Shown here one piece after another: positions 60,601 to 64,000 of a DNA stretch of 64,000 nucleotides. Each line of letters begins with the position of its first letter. The stretch's first letter is position 1. Under the pieces are notes generated by a model. That model was not told where the DNA came from. It did not search any database and saw only the letters and a program-made list of their open reading frames with translations. The stretch spans positions 62,001 through 126,000 of the forward strand of contig NIVC01001715.1 of assembly GCA_002269645.1 (NCBI GenBank), written 5' to 3'. The translations under genes and the position numbers were made by a program. This DNA comes from Macrostomum lignano. Taxonomy: Eukaryota.

Positions 60601-61477
60601 TTAAGCGTCATTTACATGTACTCTGCTGAAATTTCTGCTATATCCACGTTTGTCTGATGAATGGTTGCCCCATTTGGGCCATAGACAGTTACAAGCTGGT
60701 TTATAAATAGCTTAACCAACACTCAACTTAATTATGCATTGGCGCAGCAAATGGCCGGCCGTCCATGGCACAGAGTGGGGGCAGACCAGCAGGCAATTTA
60801 ATCCTGCAAATCATTTAAAAATTTTGCTGCGTCTCTTAGCCTTCTAAGCCCATGTATTCTGTTTTGATTCTGCGTGTAGAGTTGATTTTGTCCATGGTAT
60901 AAGGTCTAAGGTCTAATACATCATAGGTGCAGGATTGAAATTTCTTTTTAGAAATAGTGAACACTTCTTTCATAACATCCCCTTCACCCTCTTCAGTGTG
61001 TTGAATTTATTTTGTCTATGGTTGAACTTCATAGTCTATTAATTAATATACCTTTTTGCAATCAATTTCGGCGTTTTTGCGTTCAATTTCGGCGCGAGCG
61101 CTAGTGTGCAGTCTAAACAACTGAGCCATAGACACTGGGCAACTTTTGCGTTCAAATTCGGCCTTTTTGCGTCCTATTTCGGCAGCGCAAGCACATGGGC
61201 CGCACTGTGGGCACAGTTCGAATGTTTTTGCCATAGACACTTTCTCACTCGATCGCATTCAGTGAGGGTGGGACGAAAAATTTGTTTGATGCCGTAAGCT
61301 GCCGAAATAGGACGCAAAAAGGCCGAATTTGAACGCAAAAGTTGCCCAGTGTCTATGGCTCAGTTGTTTAGACTGCACACTAGCGCTCGCGCCGAAATTG
61401 AACGCAAAAACGCCGAAATTGATTGCAAAAAGGTATATAAAATCAAATAAGAATGAGATTCACAAACTCTAACGCTA

Positions 61478-61512
<35 letters not shown>

Positions 61513-61555
61513 GGCAGGCAGACAGACAAACAGAAAAACAGACAGACAGGCAGGC

Positions 61556-61626
<71 letters not shown>

Positions 61627-61629
61627 AAA

Positions 61630-61692
<63 letters not shown>

Positions 61693-64000
61693 TCTCGTGC
61701 TTTCGCCAATGAAGCACTCGATAGCGTTCAAGAACCTTTAAAATCTGTGACACGAGCGTCTCTATGTATCATTTCAGAATTTTATTGCTTTGTTTAATTC
61801 TGCGCTGGTGTGCATGATTAAATCTATTCACTGAACCTGATCGTGACTATATAGTTCCGCTCACCTCTCCGCATGGCAACCGGCGATCAAACTCAATGCC
61901 AGTCAGAGGCGTGCCAGCCGGAGCCAACAGCAGACTTGACTCCATCATCAATTGTTCAACATTAACTGGCGCCAATTCTAAGCATCTCCATTCGTCTTCG
62001 AATTGATCTAAAAATAGATCTTCATTGCGAAAGCATTCTCTAAGCGACAGGGCGCTATCCTCGCGTGCACCTTCTAGCATAGCCCACTGACCGTCGGTGA
62101 GTGTTCGACAGTCGCCAACTACAAGATCGGATAGCAACTGGGCGGCTAGCTCAGCGGTGACCGGACGAATACGCGGAGTGGCTCGGGGCTCGCAGCAAGC
62201 GTAAGCTAACAGACGCATTAGACGGCTACACAGCAGACGGGCACAGCAGGGCGAATGCAAGGCTGAGGGCTTAGCTAAGCCAGTGTTCCTGCGAACGGCC
62301 AGGACAAACGACAGACAGAACAATGCCGCCGAGTCCGTGGCAACAGCCGACGGTGGCGGTTTCAAAAATTCCAACAGCACGTCAAGCTGACGACGCTGGT
62401 TTAGACGACGTTGTCGGCGTAGAAGCTTCTGTTCGTCTGTAGCATTCAAATCGACTGGGCCAGTTGAGTCGCTGTTCAATGCAGCTGCCTGATCTTCATC
62501 GGCGTCAACAAGATCGTTATCTTCATTGTCGGTGTCATCGTCATAATTGTCGCATTCAACGTCGATTTTGTCTGGACTGCACTCGGGTAGGACAGCTGTC
62601 AGCAGCTGGCGCACCAGAGGCGGATGTTGTACAGCTAAGAACACGTGGGTCAGCAGGTACAGCGCTAGATTGGAGCTGATTGGCGGAGATGCGGTTGCCG
62701 ATGCAGCAGCTGTTTTTGTTGCCGTGGCTAAAATGGAATAGTAGGATCGACAGATAACAAATTTATTATGAAGGAATAAGTCGAAACTGTCGCAGTCCTA
62801 CTGCCTACACTCTACATACTACCCGTTGAAGGGGTTGTAGCTTAGTAAGGGATTGTAGCCTATTGGTTAGAGCGTCGGACTCCCGACTTGAAGGTCGGGG
62901 GTTCGATTCCCAGACCCACTGAAACAATTTGTCCCTGGCTTGAGCAAGACACAGACACAGGATATAGGGATGATCTTTACGATTGGGGAGAGGAATTGGC
63001 AGAATTGGGATTTCTATGCTCGGGGATAGGAATTATGAGAATTGGGGATTTCTATGCTCGGCGATAGGAATTGGGAGAATTGGGGATTTCTTTGCTCGGG
63101 GATGGGAATTATGACAATTGGGGTTTTCTATGCTCGGCGATAGGAATTGGGAGAATCGGGGATTTCTATGCTCGGGGATGGGAATTATGAGAATTGGGGA
63201 TATTTATGATTCGGAAGTGACTTTAGTGACTCTACGAGTGACTCAATTCAAGCGACTCTTGCGACTTTTTAACCACTTAACTCAAACGACTGTAATGCGA
63301 CGGAGAGGCGTCTCTTTGAGTTACGAGCGCACCACGTGACTTGTAGCATCGTAACAGTCTAAATGTGTTGGCTTCGATTGGAATTCAGATACGCATGGAT
63401 GCGCTTTGGATGCAACTCAGTGATCCTACAACAACTCTGCGGCCCCAAAGTCGTTTCAGAGTCGCAGACAATAAAACGCATCAAATTGACTTGTAGATTA
63501 CTTTTACCGGGCCGTGACATCTAGTCGCTTTAAAGTCATCTTAGAGTCACACTTTTCCTATTTTACCTGTGTTACCTGCAACGACTTTGAGGCGACACAA
63601 GTGACTATCGATCACTTTTTGGTCTCGGTAGTACTCAGCAACATTTAAAAGTCGCCATCACAGAAGATGCCGTCTGTGGTCGCCACTTTTGAGAGTGCAG
63701 GTTAAGTCTTTCAATTTTACCTACGCCACGACAGACTTGAGTTGAGGAATGAAGTGGGGGGAGCGGTGTGCGAGGGTTGGATGGATTAAAGCTACCCGGA
63801 TCAGTTATCTCGTATCTTTTATTTCAGAATAGTCCTAGAGAAATGGCGCCTTTTCAATGTTACTGAGTATAAATTGAATTAGCCACTAAGTACACTAGCA
63901 AATCCGATTTCCAACGCACCTGAAGCATCAGCAGCGGCACCTGCACTACCACCACCAACACCACCACCGCTGCTGGCATTAGCGGCAGCCAATTCCACTC
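57255..64000 (-). CDS. CLEC16A: CLEC16A / Ema / Gop-1 ortholog, 3' part. complement(join(<64000..63920,62727..61865,60347..59887,57660..57255)); 5' exons lie beyond the window
   Basis: ALYLLTHVFL, FLDQFEDEW, PVNVEQLMMESSLLLAPAGTPLTGIEFDRRLPCGE|AERVRRSIRMF, LDLNNSDLIGC, RFLAVD, VEPDAKRLGWGV, FVFDDHIRCMAAKQRL. Splice phases are consistent. Confidence 0.94.
57765..59790 (+). repeat. Minisatellite, 23-bp unit GATTCTTCAGGAGGTGCAGGA(CT/GT/GC), about 88 copies
   Basis: Fills the last CLEC16A intron. Confidence 0.97.
59887..60347 (-). CDS. CLEC16A: CLEC16A internal exon
   Basis: GACTCAG|GCC GAG CGA; donor AA|GTGAGT (phase 2). Confidence 0.92.
61046..61438. mobile_element. Foldback MITE with two 141-bp apparently identical inverted arms and a 111-bp spacer, TA/ATAT-flanked
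   Basis: 61046-61186 is the reverse complement of 61298-61438 by inspection. Confidence 0.85.
61479..61691 (+). repeat. (CAGA)n microsatellite, reading (TCTG)n in CLEC16A sense
   Basis: Read directly from the sequence. Confidence 0.95.
61865..62727 (-). CDS. CLEC16A: CLEC16A internal exon
   Basis: CCATTTTAG acceptor; donor GAG|GTGAGC. Confidence 0.92.
62831..62952 (+). mobile_element. Second copy of the CORE-SINE, 3'-truncated, with a partly duplicated head
   Basis: TAGCCTATTGGTTAGAGCGTCGGACT...GGTTCGATTCCCAG...CTTGAGCAAGACAC; clearly homologous to the 8.2-kb copy. Confidence 0.8.
62985..63205 (+). repeat. Tandem repeat, ~39-bp unit GGGGATTTCTATGCTCGGGGATAGGAATTATGAGAATT
   Basis: About 5 units in a CLEC16A intron. 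Confidence 0.88.
63920..64000 (-). CDS. CLEC16A: CLEC16A exon, truncated by the window edge
   Basis: Open Ala/Gly-rich frame ending TCA G|GTGCGT; phase 1 matches the acceptor at 62728. Confidence 0.65.

Noticed and set aside
62849-62920. Possible tRNA gene
   Set aside because: Acceptor and anticodon stems pair poorly, the sequence continues into the CORE domain, and it is homologous to the SINE at 8030-8323.

Overview
This is eukaryotic (metazoan) genomic DNA, not prokaryotic. Short GC-rich exons with poly-Ala/Gly/Gln tracts sit in AT-rich introns packed with minisatellites, and there is a TTAGGG tract. That style resembles a free-living flatworm such as Macrostomum, but this is an inference and was not checked against any database. 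I reconstructed six spliced genes by hand, using GT-AG boundaries with consistent phase. On + there are an ORP3/6/7-type oxysterol-binding protein gene (9 exons, 5525-19691) and cytoplasmic dynein-1 light intermediate chain (4 exons, 23331-35463). On -, four genes lie head-to-tail: CLEC16A (partial, runs off the right edge), a GLUT10/12-type transporter, CAMKMT and a MIPOL1-like coiled-coil gene. The rest holds about 25 distinct tandem arrays, several MITEs with readable TIR/TSD, a non-autonomous Helitron-like element, two CORE-SINE copies and an interstitial telomeric tract. The long repetitive ORFs in the supplied track are artefacts of these arrays. The most unusual signal is a shared GAATCGCCC-like core in many otherwise unrelated minisatellites, whose orientation flips where gene orientation flips. 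Also notable: two perfect exonic RFX X-boxes, U-poor 3' splice sites, and arrays starting about 100 bp after stop codons. No CRISPR, rRNA or functional tRNA was found.
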